Shown: positions 18,785-28,303 of the stretch, one piece after another
How positions within the stretch are numbered: the first letter of the stretch is position 1
Layout of the letters: every line of letters begins with the position of its first letter
Assembly: GCA_964510205.1 (NCBI GenBank)
Contig: CAZEBW010000003.1
Coordinates: forward strand, 13,274-77,273
Direction: 5' to 3'
DNA length: 64,000 bases
Source: an uncultured Anaerolineae bacterium
GTDB lineage: Bacteria > Chloroflexota > Anaerolineae > VGOG01
Notes under the pieces: generated by a model
Seen by the model: only the letters and a program-made list of their open reading frames with translations
Database searches by the model: none
Told to the model about the DNA's origin: nothing
Position numbers and translations under genes: made by a program

Positions 18785-18896
18785 TGCGAGGAGCGTTCCT
18801 TCGGCTTCGCTCAGGACAAGTTTTTGCGACGAAGCAATCTCCTCCTTGCGGCTTGGGGATTGCTTCGCTTCGCTCGCAATGACAGCCTGCGTAGTC
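18769..18896. repeat. MITE-like palindromic element, family A (TIRs GTCATTGCGAG...CTCGCAATGAC with internal inverted repeats GAAGCAATC/GATTGCTTC); copy 1
   Basis: Lies between the isomerase stop (18900) and the oxidoreductase start. A related copy sits inside the GT39 ORF at 37487-37654. Confidence 0.65.
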
Positions 18897-18899
18897 ACT

Positions 18900-19667
18900 T
18901 TAACTTTTGTTTCCACGGGCGAAACCTCCTTCGACGAGGTATTGATAGCTTCTCTCCACCGCTTCCAGCATGTCGGCGGCGCAGTGGTCCAACTCGACGA
19001 TCAGCCATGCCGCTGCCCCCTCGGCGGCCTGGAAGATGGCGGGGAAATCCAGCACGCCATCGCCGACGGCGACGTGCGGCTCACCCTGGATGGCTGGGCC
19101 ATCTTTGAGGTGCAGCAGTGGGGCGCGCGGGCCGAGTTGGCTCGCCACTTTGGCCGGGTCCACGCCCGCCGTCTCGATCCAGTACGTGTCCAGCTCGAAG
19201 AACACGCCTGGGTCGAGGCGCTCCAGCATCACCTGGTAGACGTAGCGGCCTTCGACCTGGAGAAACTCCCACCAGTGGTTGTGAATCCCAAACGCCAGGC
19301 CGTTTTCGGCCGCCACGGCATGGGCTTCGTTGAACAGGTCACACGTCTGCTGGATGAGGTCCATCGTCTCGAAGCTCTCTGGCCCTTTCCCGGACACAAT
19401 GCGCTGGCAGCCCATGGCGGCCATGAAGTCCAGCACCCTGGTTTCGTCTTTGCCGACTGGCAGGGGCGTGTGCGCGGAGGGCGCCTCAAGCCCCAGCTCT
19501 TTGAAGAGCCTGGCAGCCTCGGCGGTTGTCGTGCCGGGAAGATGGAAGATGGGTTCTACGCCGACGTAGCCGATATCGGCGACTTTTTTCATCACCCCAA
19601 CAAAATCCTGGGCCAGGGCTTCGCGCAAGGTGTACAGTTGTAGGGCAATGGGAATGGTCATGAACAT
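18900..19667 (-). CDS. Sugar phosphate isomerase/epimerase (xylose-isomerase-like TIM barrel)
   Basis: MTIPIALQLYTLREAL..., typical of this family. The start is at 19667 or 19661, with a GAGGAGG SD. Confidence 0.7.
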   Translation of the reverse strand: MFMTIPIALQLYTLREALAQDFVGVMKKVADIGYVGVEPIFHLPGTTTAEAARLFKELGLEAPSAHTPLPVGKDETRVLDFMAAMGCQRIVSGKGPESFETMDLIQQTCDLFNEAHAVAAENGLAFGIHNHWWEFLQVEGRYVYQVMLERLDPGVFFELDTYWIETAGVDPAKVASQLGPRAPLLHLKDGPAIQGEPHVAVGDGVLDFPAIFQAAEGAAAWLIVELDHCAADMLEAVERSYQYLVEGGFARGNKS

Positions 19668-19690
19668 CCTCCTCAATTTTGATTTGAGTG

Positions 19691-19765
19691 TGGCCAAAAT
19701 CTGTTGTAGTAGCGACTTCAGTCGCTTGGAACGACTAAAGTCGTCACTACCACAGGTTTTAGCCA
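19691..19765. repeat. Palindromic element, family B (GTAGTAGCGACTTCAGTCGCTTG...GACGACTAAAGTCGTCACTAC, flanked by CCAAAATCTG/CAGGTTTTAG); copy 1
   Basis: Two internal hairpins. The reverse-complement copy is at 31990..32092. Confidence 0.65.
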
Positions 19766-19811
19766 CGCCCTTTTTGATTTCCACACTGATTGCTGATTTC
19801 CTGATTCCTGA

Positions 19812-20462
19812 TCATTGATACTCAACCGTCGCTCGCTGGTCGTAAGCGGGCAGTTGGGTCAAGTTACGGACGAAGATCACCCCCACGCCGCCGATGCCCA
19901 GCACCTCCGCTTCCAGCGAAACGTAGCCGACGCTCCTCAGCAGCCAGAAGACGGGCGCCATCAGCACGGTCATGAGCATCACCGCCCGCGGGCTTCGTCG
20001 TGAGCGCTCAGCCGAACGGCTGTTGCGCAGCACGAGGTAGCCAATTCCCCACAGCGCCGCGGCGATGGGCAACACCAGCGGCTGCTGCCACAGGAACAGT
20101 CCCGACAGCGTGCTCAGCCCCATCCCCCCGGCGAATCCGAAGCGAGTCCTTCCGCCGTAAGCTGACCAGCAGTGACCGACCACCGCGCCCACGCCAGCGG
20201 CCGGCAGGGCCCACGAAGTCCCCGTCAACCTCACCGCCAGCCAGGCGGCCAGCACTCCCTTGCCGGCGTCCACCAGCGCGGTGAACGCGCCCCAGGCGAG
20301 GCCAGCCTGGCGGGACACGTTGAGCCCGCCGGTGTGACCGCTGCCAGTGGAGCGCAGGTCTGGCTTGTTGAGCAGTCGGGTTACCAGCACGCCGGTGGGA
20401 AAGGAGCCGACGAGGTAGCCAAACATCGCAGCGAGCAGCAAACGAATGATCAACATCAACAC
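19812..20462 (-). CDS. plsY: Glycerol-3-phosphate acyltransferase PlsY
   Basis: A ~215-aa polytopic membrane protein with the SGHTGG...NV block characteristic of PlsY. Confidence 0.65.
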   Translation of the reverse strand: MLMLIIRLLLAAMFGYLVGSFPTGVLVTRLLNKPDLRSTGSGHTGGLNVSRQAGLAWGAFTALVDAGKGVLAAWLAVRLTGTSWALPAAGVGAVVGHCWSAYGGRTRFGFAGGMGLSTLSGLFLWQQPLVLPIAAALWGIGYLVLRNSRSAERSRRSPRAVMLMTVLMAPVFWLLRSVGYVSLEAEVLGIGGVGVIFVRNLTQLPAYDQRATVEYQ

Positions 20463-21391
20463 ACCACCCGTAGACGGCGCGGCAGCGCGCTGACCTCCAG
20501 CCGATGGGCGTCGGTGCGCATGATCTCCCCGTCCACGTGCACCGGCAAGCCCTGCTGCGAGGCGATGACGATGCGGGCCGTCCGATCCACCGTCACCGTC
20601 GGCTGAGTGGCGTGGGTGCCTTTGATGAAATAGGGAATCAGGCGGAAGATGCCCAGTTGGCTCACCTGACGGGCCAGGGTCACGTCCAGCAGGCCGTCGT
20701 CCTGCACCGCCTGCGGAGCGATCAGGAACATGCCCCCCGTGCGGCGGCCGTTGGCCACCGAGACCATCAGCAGCGGCAACTCCGTCTCTTTCCCGTCGTA
20801 ACGCACTGTCACCAGCGGAGCTTTGTAATACAGGAAGATGGTCCTCAGCACCGCCACCAGGAAGACCAGCGGTCCGCGCAGGTAGCGCAGCTTATAGCTT
20901 TCCACGGTGGTGGCGGAGTCGAAGCCCGCGCCGAAGTTGTTGCCGAAATAGCGCACGTTCCCCAGTTCGTCCTCCACGCGGCCAACGTCCACCACCCGCG
21001 TCTGCCCGGCGGCCAGCACGCGGCAGGCGGCGGCCACGTCGCCGATGGGAACGCCCATGCACCAGGCGAAGTCGTTGCCCGTGCCGATGGGGATGAGGCC
21101 CAGGGCTGCGCCAGCAGGTTCTCCGACCTCCCAGGCCGCTGTGCCCAGGCTGGCCTCGACGATGCCGTTGAGCACCTCATTGGCCGTGCCATCGCCGCCC
21201 ACAGCAGCGACGATGTTCCATCCCTCCCGCACCGCCTGCGCGGCCTGGGCCACTGCCGAGAGCTGCTCCGTCGTCTGGACGATGTCGAACGTCGCTTGCG
21301 CCTCCGTCAGCGCGTGGCGGATGACCTCCGCCGTCTGCTGGCCAGCTCCCCGCCCGGAGACGGGGTTGAGAATGACTTTGATGGTGGACAT
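20456..21391 (-). CDS. Diacylglycerol/lipid kinase catalytic-domain protein (YegS/BmrU-like)
   Basis: ILNPVSGRG near the N-terminus and the GGDGT motif (AAVGGDGTANEV). Confidence 0.75.
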   Translation of the reverse strand: MSTIKVILNPVSGRGAGQQTAEVIRHALTEAQATFDIVQTTEQLSAVAQAAQAVREGWNIVAAVGGDGTANEVLNGIVEASLGTAAWEVGEPAGAALGLIPIGTGNDFAWCMGVPIGDVAAACRVLAAGQTRVVDVGRVEDELGNVRYFGNNFGAGFDSATTVESYKLRYLRGPLVFLVAVLRTIFLYYKAPLVTVRYDGKETELPLLMVSVANGRRTGGMFLIAPQAVQDDGLLDVTLARQVSQLGIFRLIPYFIKGTHATQPTVTVDRTARIVIASQQGLPVHVDGEIMRTDAHRLEVSALPRRLRVVC

Positions 21392-21392
21392 T

Positions 21393-23987
21393 TCAATCCC
21401 CCTCTACGTCCCGCTGCAACTCGTACAACTTGTTGAGCGCCTCCAGCGGGGTCATGGACTCCAGGTCCAGCTTCTTCAGCTCCTCGACGATGGGGCTGGT
21501 CTCGGGGAAGAGGGCGAGCTGACGGGTTTCGGCGATGCGCTTGGGCTTGATGGGCGCTCGATGGGAGTCGCGCTCTAACTCCTCCAGGATTTCCTCGGCG
21601 CGGCGGATGACGGTCTTGGGCAGGCCGGCCAACTGCGCCACGTGGATGCCGTAGCTGCGGTCAGCGCCGCCGGGGACGATTTTGTGCAGGAAGATCACGT
21701 CGTCGCCCTCCCCAGCCACGGCCACGTTGTAGTTGCGCACCCTGGGCAGGACGCTGGCCAGCTCGGTCAACTCGTGGTAGTGGGTGGCGTACAGGGTCTT
21801 GGCCCGCAGACGGGGGTGGTTGTGGATGTACTCCACTACCGCCCAGGCGATGGACATGCCGTCGTAGGTGCTGGTGCCCCGCCCGATCTCGTCCAAAATG
21901 AGCAGGCTGCGGTTGGTGGCGTGGTGGAGGATGTTGGCCATCTCGATCATCTCCACCATAAAAGTAGACTGGCCGGCCCAGATCTCGTCCTGAGCGCCGA
22001 TGCGGGTGAAGATGCGGTCCACCAGCCCCATGCGGGCCTCGTCGGCGGGGACGAAGGAACCGATTTGAGCCATGAGGACGGTGAGGGCCACCTGGCGGAG
22101 ATACGTGCTCTTGCCGCTCATGTTCGGGCCGGTGATGATCAGGATCTCCTCCTCCTGGGAGAGGCGGGCGTCGTTGGGCACGAAGGGCTCATCACGCTGG
22201 GTGAGTTCCACCACCGGATGGCGGCCGGCCGTGATTTCGATCTCGTCGCCATCAGTCAGGACGGGGCGGACGTATCGGTTGCGGATGGCTACCTCGGCCA
22301 GGGCGGCGTAGGTGTCCAGGTGGGCCAGGGCGCGGGCGGTGGAGAGCAGCCGTTCGGCCGCGGCGGCCACCTGATCGCAGACCTGGCGGAACAGACGGGC
22401 CTCGATGTCCAGGATGCGCTCTTGGGCGTTCAGGATCAGCGATTCGTACTCCTTGAGCTGCGGAATGATGTAGCGCTCGGAGTTCACCAGCGTCTGCTTG
22501 CGGATGTACTCCTCGGGCACGGCCTCCAGGTTGGCTTTGGTCACCTCGATGTAGTAGCCGAAGACCTTGTTGTAGCCCACTTTCAGGGATTTGATGCCCG
22601 TGCGCTTCCGCTCGGTCCGCTCCAGGTTAGCCACCCAGTTCTTGGCGTCTTTGGAGGCGGCCACAACGCTGTCTAGCTCCGCCGAGAAGCCGGCCTGGAT
22701 CACCCCACCGCTGGCCAGCGTGGCGGGCGGGTCGTCCACGATGGCCTCGCCGATGAGGGAAGCCACCTCCTCACAGGGATCTAATTGAGGGACTAGGGAC
22801 AAGAGGCTAGGGACAAGGCCCTGATCCCTTGTCCCTTCTCTCGACAGCGCCTCCCGAATCTGCGGCGCCTTCTCCAGGCTGTTGCGAATTCCTACCAGAT
22901 CCCTGGGCACGGCGATGCGCTGCACCACGCGATTGGTTAGCCTCTCCAAATCGGCCAGCTCTTTGAGCAGGGCCATCACCTGCGTTCGAGTGGGCGTGTC
23001 CTGGTAGAGGGCCTCCACCGCGTCCAGCCGCTGGTTCAGCTTATCCACGTCCAGCAGCGGCTGGTTGAGCCACTGGCGGAGCAGGCGACCGCCCATGGCC
23101 GTGACCGTGGCGTCCAGCATGCCCAGCAGTGATCCTTTGACCGCGCCGCTGCGGATGGTGCGGCTCAACTCCAGGCTTCGCCGCGTGGAGGCGTCGAGGG
23201 TCATAAACTCGCTGGTGGAATAGGTGCGCAGATCGCTCAGTTGGGCCAGGGCCGCTTTCTGGGTCTCCTGCAGGTACTGGACGATGGCCCCGGCGGCGCG
23301 CACGGCCAGGGGCATCCCCTCGCAGCCGTAGCCAGCCAGCGAGGCCACCTCGAAGTGATCGAGGAGCGCCCGGCGGGCGTTGCCCAGCTCGAAGCGCCAG
23401 CTCTCGTAGGGCGAGAAGTGGGTTTCGGTGTTCTGTATCTCGAACTCTGGATCCTGGATCAGGCACTCGGCTGGACGCAGCCTCTCCAGTTCCTCCACCA
23501 CCGCTTGTTGGAAATCGTCGCCCGAGAGTTGGGTGGTGGCGAATTCGCCGGTGGTAATGTCGGCGTAGGCGATGCCCGCCCTGCGGTCTTCGATCACCAG
23601 GGCAGCCAGGTAGTTGTTGCGCTTGTCCTCCAGCAGGGTCGGCTCCACCACCGTGCCCGGCGTAACCACCCGCGTCACCTCGCGGGGCATCAATCCCTTC
23701 ACGGGCTGGTCGCCCATCTGCTCCACGATGGCCACCTTGTGCCCCGCCTTGATGAGCTTGGCGATGTAGCCCTCCACGGCGTGATAGGGCACCCCGGCCA
23801 AAGGCACCCGTTGATCCTTCCCCACGGGCCTTGAGGTGAGGACGATGTCGCAGACCTGGGCCACGATCTTGGCGTCCTCATCGAAGCTCTCGTAGAAATC
23901 GCCCAGGCGGAAGAGGACGATGGCGTCGGGGTACTGCTTCTTGATCTGCAAGTATTGGCGGCGCATGGGGGTTGGTTTCTTGGCCAT
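21393..23987 (-). CDS. mutS: DNA mismatch repair protein MutS
   Basis: The N-terminal mismatch-binding motif GDFYE(S)F, Walker A GPNMSGKSTYLRQ, and HTH and clamp regions. The start is at 23987 (MAKKPTPMRRQY). Confidence 0.9.
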   Translation of the reverse strand: MAKKPTPMRRQYLQIKKQYPDAIVLFRLGDFYESFDEDAKIVAQVCDIVLTSRPVGKDQRVPLAGVPYHAVEGYIAKLIKAGHKVAIVEQMGDQPVKGLMPREVTRVVTPGTVVEPTLLEDKRNNYLAALVIEDRRAGIAYADITTGEFATTQLSGDDFQQAVVEELERLRPAECLIQDPEFEIQNTETHFSPYESWRFELGNARRALLDHFEVASLAGYGCEGMPLAVRAAGAIVQYLQETQKAALAQLSDLRTYSTSEFMTLDASTRRSLELSRTIRSGAVKGSLLGMLDATVTAMGGRLLRQWLNQPLLDVDKLNQRLDAVEALYQDTPTRTQVMALLKELADLERLTNRVVQRIAVPRDLVGIRNSLEKAPQIREALSREGTRDQGLVPSLLSLVPQLDPCEEVASLIGEAIVDDPPATLASGGVIQAGFSAELDSVVAASKDAKNWVANLERTERKRTGIKSLKVGYNKVFGYYIEVTKANLEAVPEEYIRKQTLVNSERYIIPQLKEYESLILNAQERILDIEARLFRQVCDQVAAAAERLLSTARALAHLDTYAALAEVAIRNRYVRPVLTDGDEIEITAGRHPVVELTQRDEPFVPNDARLSQEEEILIITGPNMSGKSTYLRQVALTVLMAQIGSFVPADEARMGLVDRIFTRIGAQDEIWAGQSTFMVEMIEMANILHHATNRSLLILDEIGRGTSTYDGMSIAWAVVEYIHNHPRLRAKTLYATHYHELTELASVLPRVRNYNVAVAGEGDDVIFLHKIVPGGADRSYGIHVAQLAGLPKTVIRRAEEILEELERDSHRAPIKPKRIAETRQLALFPETSPIVEELKKLDLESMTPLEALNKLYELQRDVEGD
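22775..22848. repeat. In-frame hairpin-forming insert inside mutS (CTAGGGACAAG x2, then GGGACAAGG-loop-CCTTGTCCC)
   Basis: Encodes the low-complexity segment TRDQGLVPSLLSLVPQLDP within MutS. Confidence 0.45.
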
Positions 23988-24239
23988 TGATTTCTCTCTT
24001 CTCGTCGTCAGAGTTTGCTCCTGCTGGATCTGGCGATCCAGCAGGGTGGCGGCGGCAGGCAAGCGTGGAGGAGGACTTCCCGCCTTGCACGCAGTCCGCC
24101 GTGAGCAACTGTGATTTGGGTGTGTTTCAAATAAGTTGGCTGGTATTGTTGGTCGGAATGGCATTCCGACGAGTTGACGGATTACCAATCCGTCCTACAA
24201 CCGAGATGAAACACCCCCCTGTGATTTGCGGAGATTATC

Positions 24240-26189
24240 TCACACGTCTTCCAACAAACTCGTCACCCATCCGATGTCTAGCTCGTGCAGCTTGGCCGGG
24301 CGAGGCACGCCGGTGTCGGGGTCCCAGCCCATCATCTCGTAGTACAGCGGCAGGGCGGCTTCCACAGCGGCGGGGTCTATCGGTGCGCCGGGGCCGAGGG
24401 GCTCGGCCATGCGGGGCGGCAGGCGGTCGTCGGCGGGGGTGAACCCCTGCCGCACGTTGAAGGCGCGAGCCAGGGTCACCAGCCGCTCGGCGGCCTTCCA
24501 CAGCTCCCAGGCGGTGGTATCCCAACCCGTCACCGCCCGCACCGCTTCCACCACCTGATGGTTGCCATAGGGCAGGAAATTGCACAGGCACAGGCAGTTG
24601 TTCAAATGCTGGCGCAGACCGCCATAGAGGATAGCCCGCACCTTCTCCGGGCCGAGGGAGGTGGGCGGCATGGGCTCCAGCACGCCTAGGTTGCGGACGC
24701 TGTCCATGCCGGCCTCGTGCTCGTAGTTGCTGTCGAACGCGCTGTGACAGTGATCGGCGCCGGTGTAGGAGACGGCGTAGCCCAGCCCCAGGCCGTGCTG
24801 GATGCGAGGGTCGTGATAGGGCAGCTCCTGCCCCTTAACGTGCACGGCCAATCGCTCCGCGCCGCCGCCGCCCCTCAGTCCCCCCCAACCTTGGGAGGGA
24901 AGTTTCGCATTTCCGCCGCCAATGTGCTCAGCCGCCCGTTTGCTCCCCTCCGCCAGCAGGTCGCCGATGCCCTGGCGAGCGGCGATTAGTTCCAGCAGTT
25001 GCAGCACGGCCTCCGCATTGCCAAAGCGCAGCTCCAGCCCGCCGCTGTCCTCCAGCGTCAGCAGCCCTTTCTCAAAGCACTCCATGGCGAAGGCGATGGC
25101 GCCTCCGGCGGAGATGCTGTCCAGTCCCAGGGCGTTGCACCGCTCGCTGGCCTTGGTCACGGCGTAGACGTCGGCCACGCCGCAGTTGGCGCCCAGGCTG
25201 ACGGCGGTCTCGTACTCCGGGCCGCCGTAGGCCGGATCCACCGCGTACGGCTGCTCTAGGTCAGCCACTTTTTTGCAGCCCACGGCGCAGGCGTAGCAGC
25301 TCTCCATGCGGACCACCACGTGCTCGGCCAGGCCCTCGCGTCCCAGGACGTCGGCCCCGTCCAGGTGGCCGTCGCGGAAATTGTGCACCGGCAATGCCCC
25401 GTCGCGGTTGTAGGGCATCATGCTGACGCCGGTGCCCAGGTCGGGAAACTTGCCCATCAGGTCTCGGTAGTTGTCTCGCATCCAGCGGGCCAGCGCGCCG
25501 ACTTGAGCGGAATCGGCCAGGGGGACTTTACCAGTGCCCCGCACGGCCACTGCTTTCAGTTTCTTGGATCCCATCACCGCGCCCAGGCCGGTGCGTCCAG
25601 CGGCGTGCTTCAGGTCGGCCACGATGTTGGCGTAGCGGACCAGTTTCTCGCCGGCCGGCCCGCAGAGGGCCACGCGGGCTCGCGGCTCGCCCAGTTCCTC
25701 TCGGATGGCGGTGTGGGTCGGCTTGTTCTCCAGCCCCCACAGGTGGGCGGCGTCCCGCAGCTCTGCCTGGCCGCCGTGCCCTGAGGCCGCTTCGCTTACA
25801 GTCGAAGCGTCGTGCACCCAGAGGTAGACGGGCGATGCCGCCTGCCCCTCGACGATGATGGCGTCGAAGCCCGCGGCCTTCAATTCCGCCCCCCAGAAGC
25901 CGCCCACTTCTGATTCGCCCATCGCGCCGGTGAGGGGCGAGCGTGCGCCGATGGCGTTGCGTCCGCTGCCGGCCAGGGGCGCGCCGGTGAGCGGCCCGCA
26001 GGCGAAGATCAGGCGGTTCTCCGGCCCCAGGGGATCGGTGTGGGGAGGCGCCTCTTTCAGCAGGTAGTAGGCCACAAATCCCGCCCCGCCCAGGTAGCGG
26101 CGGTAGAAAACGTCGTCGGGCGTCTCGACGGTGATCTCTCCATTGGTCAGATTGACGCGCAGGATGCGGCGATGGTATCCGAAAGACAT
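24240..26189 (-). CDS. Aldehyde:ferredoxin oxidoreductase family (tungsten/molybdopterin-containing AOR)
   Basis: The N-terminal domain MSFGYHRRILRVNLTNGEI and AOR-family Cys ligand regions (CYACAVGC, CNALGLD). The start is at 26189. Confidence 0.8.
   Translation of the reverse strand: MSFGYHRRILRVNLTNGEITVETPDDVFYRRYLGGAGFVAYYLLKEAPPHTDPLGPENRLIFACGPLTGAPLAGSGRNAIGARSPLTGAMGESEVGGFWGAELKAAGFDAIIVEGQAASPVYLWVHDASTVSEAASGHGGQAELRDAAHLWGLENKPTHTAIREELGEPRARVALCGPAGEKLVRYANIVADLKHAAGRTGLGAVMGSKKLKAVAVRGTGKVPLADSAQVGALARWMRDNYRDLMGKFPDLGTGVSMMPYNRDGALPVHNFRDGHLDGADVLGREGLAEHVVVRMESCYACAVGCKKVADLEQPYAVDPAYGGPEYETAVSLGANCGVADVYAVTKASERCNALGLDSISAGGAIAFAMECFEKGLLTLEDSGGLELRFGNAEAVLQLLELIAARQGIGDLLAEGSKRAAEHIGGGNAKLPSQGWGGLRGGGGAERLAVHVKGQELPYHDPRIQHGLGLGYAVSYTGADHCHSAFDSNYEHEAGMDSVRNLGVLEPMPPTSLGPEKVRAILYGGLRQHLNNCLCLCNFLPYGNHQVVEAVRAVTGWDTTAWELWKAAERLVTLARAFNVRQGFTPADDRLPPRMAEPLGPGAPIDPAAVEAALPLYYEMMGWDPDTGVPRPAKLHELDIGWVTSLLEDV
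25779..25808. repeat. 30-nt in-frame mini-insert CCTGAGGCCGCTTCGCTTACAGTCGAAG(CG), family D (encodes STVSEAASGH); copy 1, inside the AOR gene
   Basis: An identical 28-30-nt string recurs inside the M20 peptidase gene at 31756-31785. It carries an internal palindrome, CTTCG...CGAAG. Confidence 0.7.
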
Positions 26190-26218
26190 CTTGCTCTCCT
26201 CTCTTTCTCGTCTCAGTT

Positions 26219-26929
26219 TCACCTCGACAGGACTTCTCTTTGCACCTCGAATAGCTCTCGGATGCCTCTCTCCGCCAAATCCAGCAACTCGTGCATAACC
26301 TGGCGGGCGAAGGTTTGGCCCTCGGCGGCGCCTTGCACTTCCACGTATTCTCCCTCGGCGGTCATGACCACGTTGAAGTCCACCTCGGCCACGGAATCCT
26401 CATCGTAGCAGAGGTCGAGCACCGCTTGGCCGTTCACTACGCCCACGCTGACGGCGGCCACGGGCGTGGTCAGGACGTCGGGGGGAAGCAGGCCGCCTCG
26501 GATGAGCTTGTCCAGGGCGATGGCCAGGGCCACGTAGCCGCCCGTAACCGAAGCCGTGCGGGTGCCGCCGTCGGCCTGGATGACGTCGCAGTCTACGATC
26601 AGGGTGCGCTGGCCCAGCTTTTCCAAGTTGACGGCGGCACGCAGGCTGCGGCCGATGAAACGGCGGATCTCCTGGGTGCGCCCGCGGAGACCACGGGTCT
26701 CGCGGGGGGTGCGCTCGTGGGTGGAGCGGGGCAGCAGGGCGTATTCGGCCGTGATCCAGCCCTGGCCTTGACCAAAGAGCCAACCGGGCACCCTCTCCTC
26801 CACGGTTGCGTTGCAGATGACGCGCGTGGCGCCCATTTCGATCAGCACCGAGCCTTCGGGGTACTGCACGTAGTGCGGCGTGATGGTCACCGGCCTCAGT
26901 TCGTCGTTGTTCCGCCCGTCAATCCGCAT
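26219..26929 (-). CDS. rph: Ribonuclease PH
   Basis: [13 protein letters not shown]...[26 protein letters not shown]. Confidence 0.9.
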   Translation of the reverse strand: MRIDGRNNDELRPVTITPHYVQYPEGSVLIEMGATRVICNATVEERVPGWLFGQGQGWITAEYALLPRSTHERTPRETRGLRGRTQEIRRFIGRSLRAAVNLEKLGQRTLIVDCDVIQADGGTRTASVTGGYVALAIALDKLIRGGLLPPDVLTTPVAAVSVGVVNGQAVLDLCYDEDSVAEVDFNVVMTAEGEYVEVQGAAEGQTFARQVMHELLDLAERGIRELFEVQREVLSR

Positions 26930-26968
26930 CGGTCACTCCTCACTAGGCACTGATTTCATGCGCCCACA

Positions 26969-28234
26969 TCATTTCCCCACCTCGGAGTTCTGTTTCCTGA
27001 TCACGTTTGCCAGGATCCTCACCCCCTTGGCCATCTGTTCCTCGGAGAGGAAGCTGAACGGGAGGCGTAGGTTGCGCTGGCCGCCTCCTTCCGAGGTTGC
27101 GGCGAAGAAGCGCGCCCCCGGCGTGAAGACCACCCTCCGCTCGGGTGTAAGGGGAGCGGCACTCGTAAGCGGAGCGGCACTCGTAAGCGAAGCGGCATTG
27201 GCCAGCACCACTTCGGCGTCCAGCGGCTGGGGCAGGGTCAGCCAGGCGAAAAAGCCGCCGGCCGGGCGGGTCCAGCGCACGCCGTGGGGCATTTCCCGCT
27301 CCAGGGCCGCCAGCAGCGCGTCGCGCCGGGCGCGGTAGCGGGCCACCAACCGCGCGATGTGCGGCTCCAGCCACCCCTCCTGGCAGAAGGCGGCCACCAC
27401 GTGGGCCACGAAGGGGTTGGCTCCCCCCTCGTTCCCTTTCAGCCCGCAGCCGACGACGCGCTGGATCACGTCGGCTTCGGCCATGATCCAGCCCAGCCGC
27501 AGCCCGGCGGCCAGGATTTTGGAGAAGCTCCCCAGGCGAATGACGCCTTGTCCATTAGCCAGCTCGAACAGGGAGGGCGGCACCCGCCCCTCGTAGCACA
27601 AGTCGCGGTAGACGTCGTCCTCCACCACCAGCAGCTCTCGATCAGCGGCCAGTTCCGCCAGCGCTTCTCTGCGCTCCGAGGTCAGGGTGACGCCGGCCGG
27701 GTTCTGGAAGGTGGGGATGGTGTACAGGAAGGCCACCCGCCGTCCGATCAGGCGCAGCGCGTCCAGCCGTTCGGCCAGGACCTCAACCACCAGCCCCTGG
27801 TCATCCATCGGCACTTGTCGCAGCTCCACGGGATGATCGCGCAGGGTGGCGAGGGCCTCGTGGTAGCTGGGGGCCTCCACCAGCACCACGTCGCTGGGGT
27901 GGGTGAACAGGCGGGCCACAGTGTCCAGCCCCTGGGCCGCGCCGGCGGAGAGCATGATGTGGTCGCGGCTGATGCGCAGCCCCTCGTCCCGCTCCACCTT
28001 GCCGATCAGGTAATCGAGCAGAGGCCCGTATCCCTGTTCGGGACCGTACTGCAGGGCCAGCCGCCCCCGCGACCGCAGCGCGCGCTCAGTGGCGGCCATG
28101 ATCTTCTCCACCGGCAGGAGGTCGGGGTCGGGATGGCCGTAGACGAAGGGGATGGCCCCGGTTGGCCCACCGGCCTGGACGCCTGTCAAGGGGTCGAAGG
28201 GCAGTTGATCAGCAAGGGCGATGTTAGGAGGCAT
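26969..28234 (-). CDS. PLP-dependent aminotransferase, class I/II fold
   Basis: The SFSK PLP-Lys region (GSFSKILAAGLRLGW). It contains an internal 21-nt tandem repeat (~27150-27200) encoding ASLTSAAPLTSAAPLT. Confidence 0.7.
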   Translation of the reverse strand: MPPNIALADQLPFDPLTGVQAGGPTGAIPFVYGHPDPDLLPVEKIMAATERALRSRGRLALQYGPEQGYGPLLDYLIGKVERDEGLRISRDHIMLSAGAAQGLDTVARLFTHPSDVVLVEAPSYHEALATLRDHPVELRQVPMDDQGLVVEVLAERLDALRLIGRRVAFLYTIPTFQNPAGVTLTSERREALAELAADRELLVVEDDVYRDLCYEGRVPPSLFELANGQGVIRLGSFSKILAAGLRLGWIMAEADVIQRVVGCGLKGNEGGANPFVAHVVAAFCQEGWLEPHIARLVARYRARRDALLAALEREMPHGVRWTRPAGGFFAWLTLPQPLDAEVVLANAASLTSAAPLTSAAPLTPERRVVFTPGARFFAATSEGGGQRNLRLPFSFLSEEQMAKGVRILANVIRKQNSEVGK

Positions 28235-28303
28235 AGGCCATCTCCATGTTTACAGAGCAGAGGAGCAGTGCGCGGCAGATGGCGGACGATGCTTCTTTGG
28301 TTT

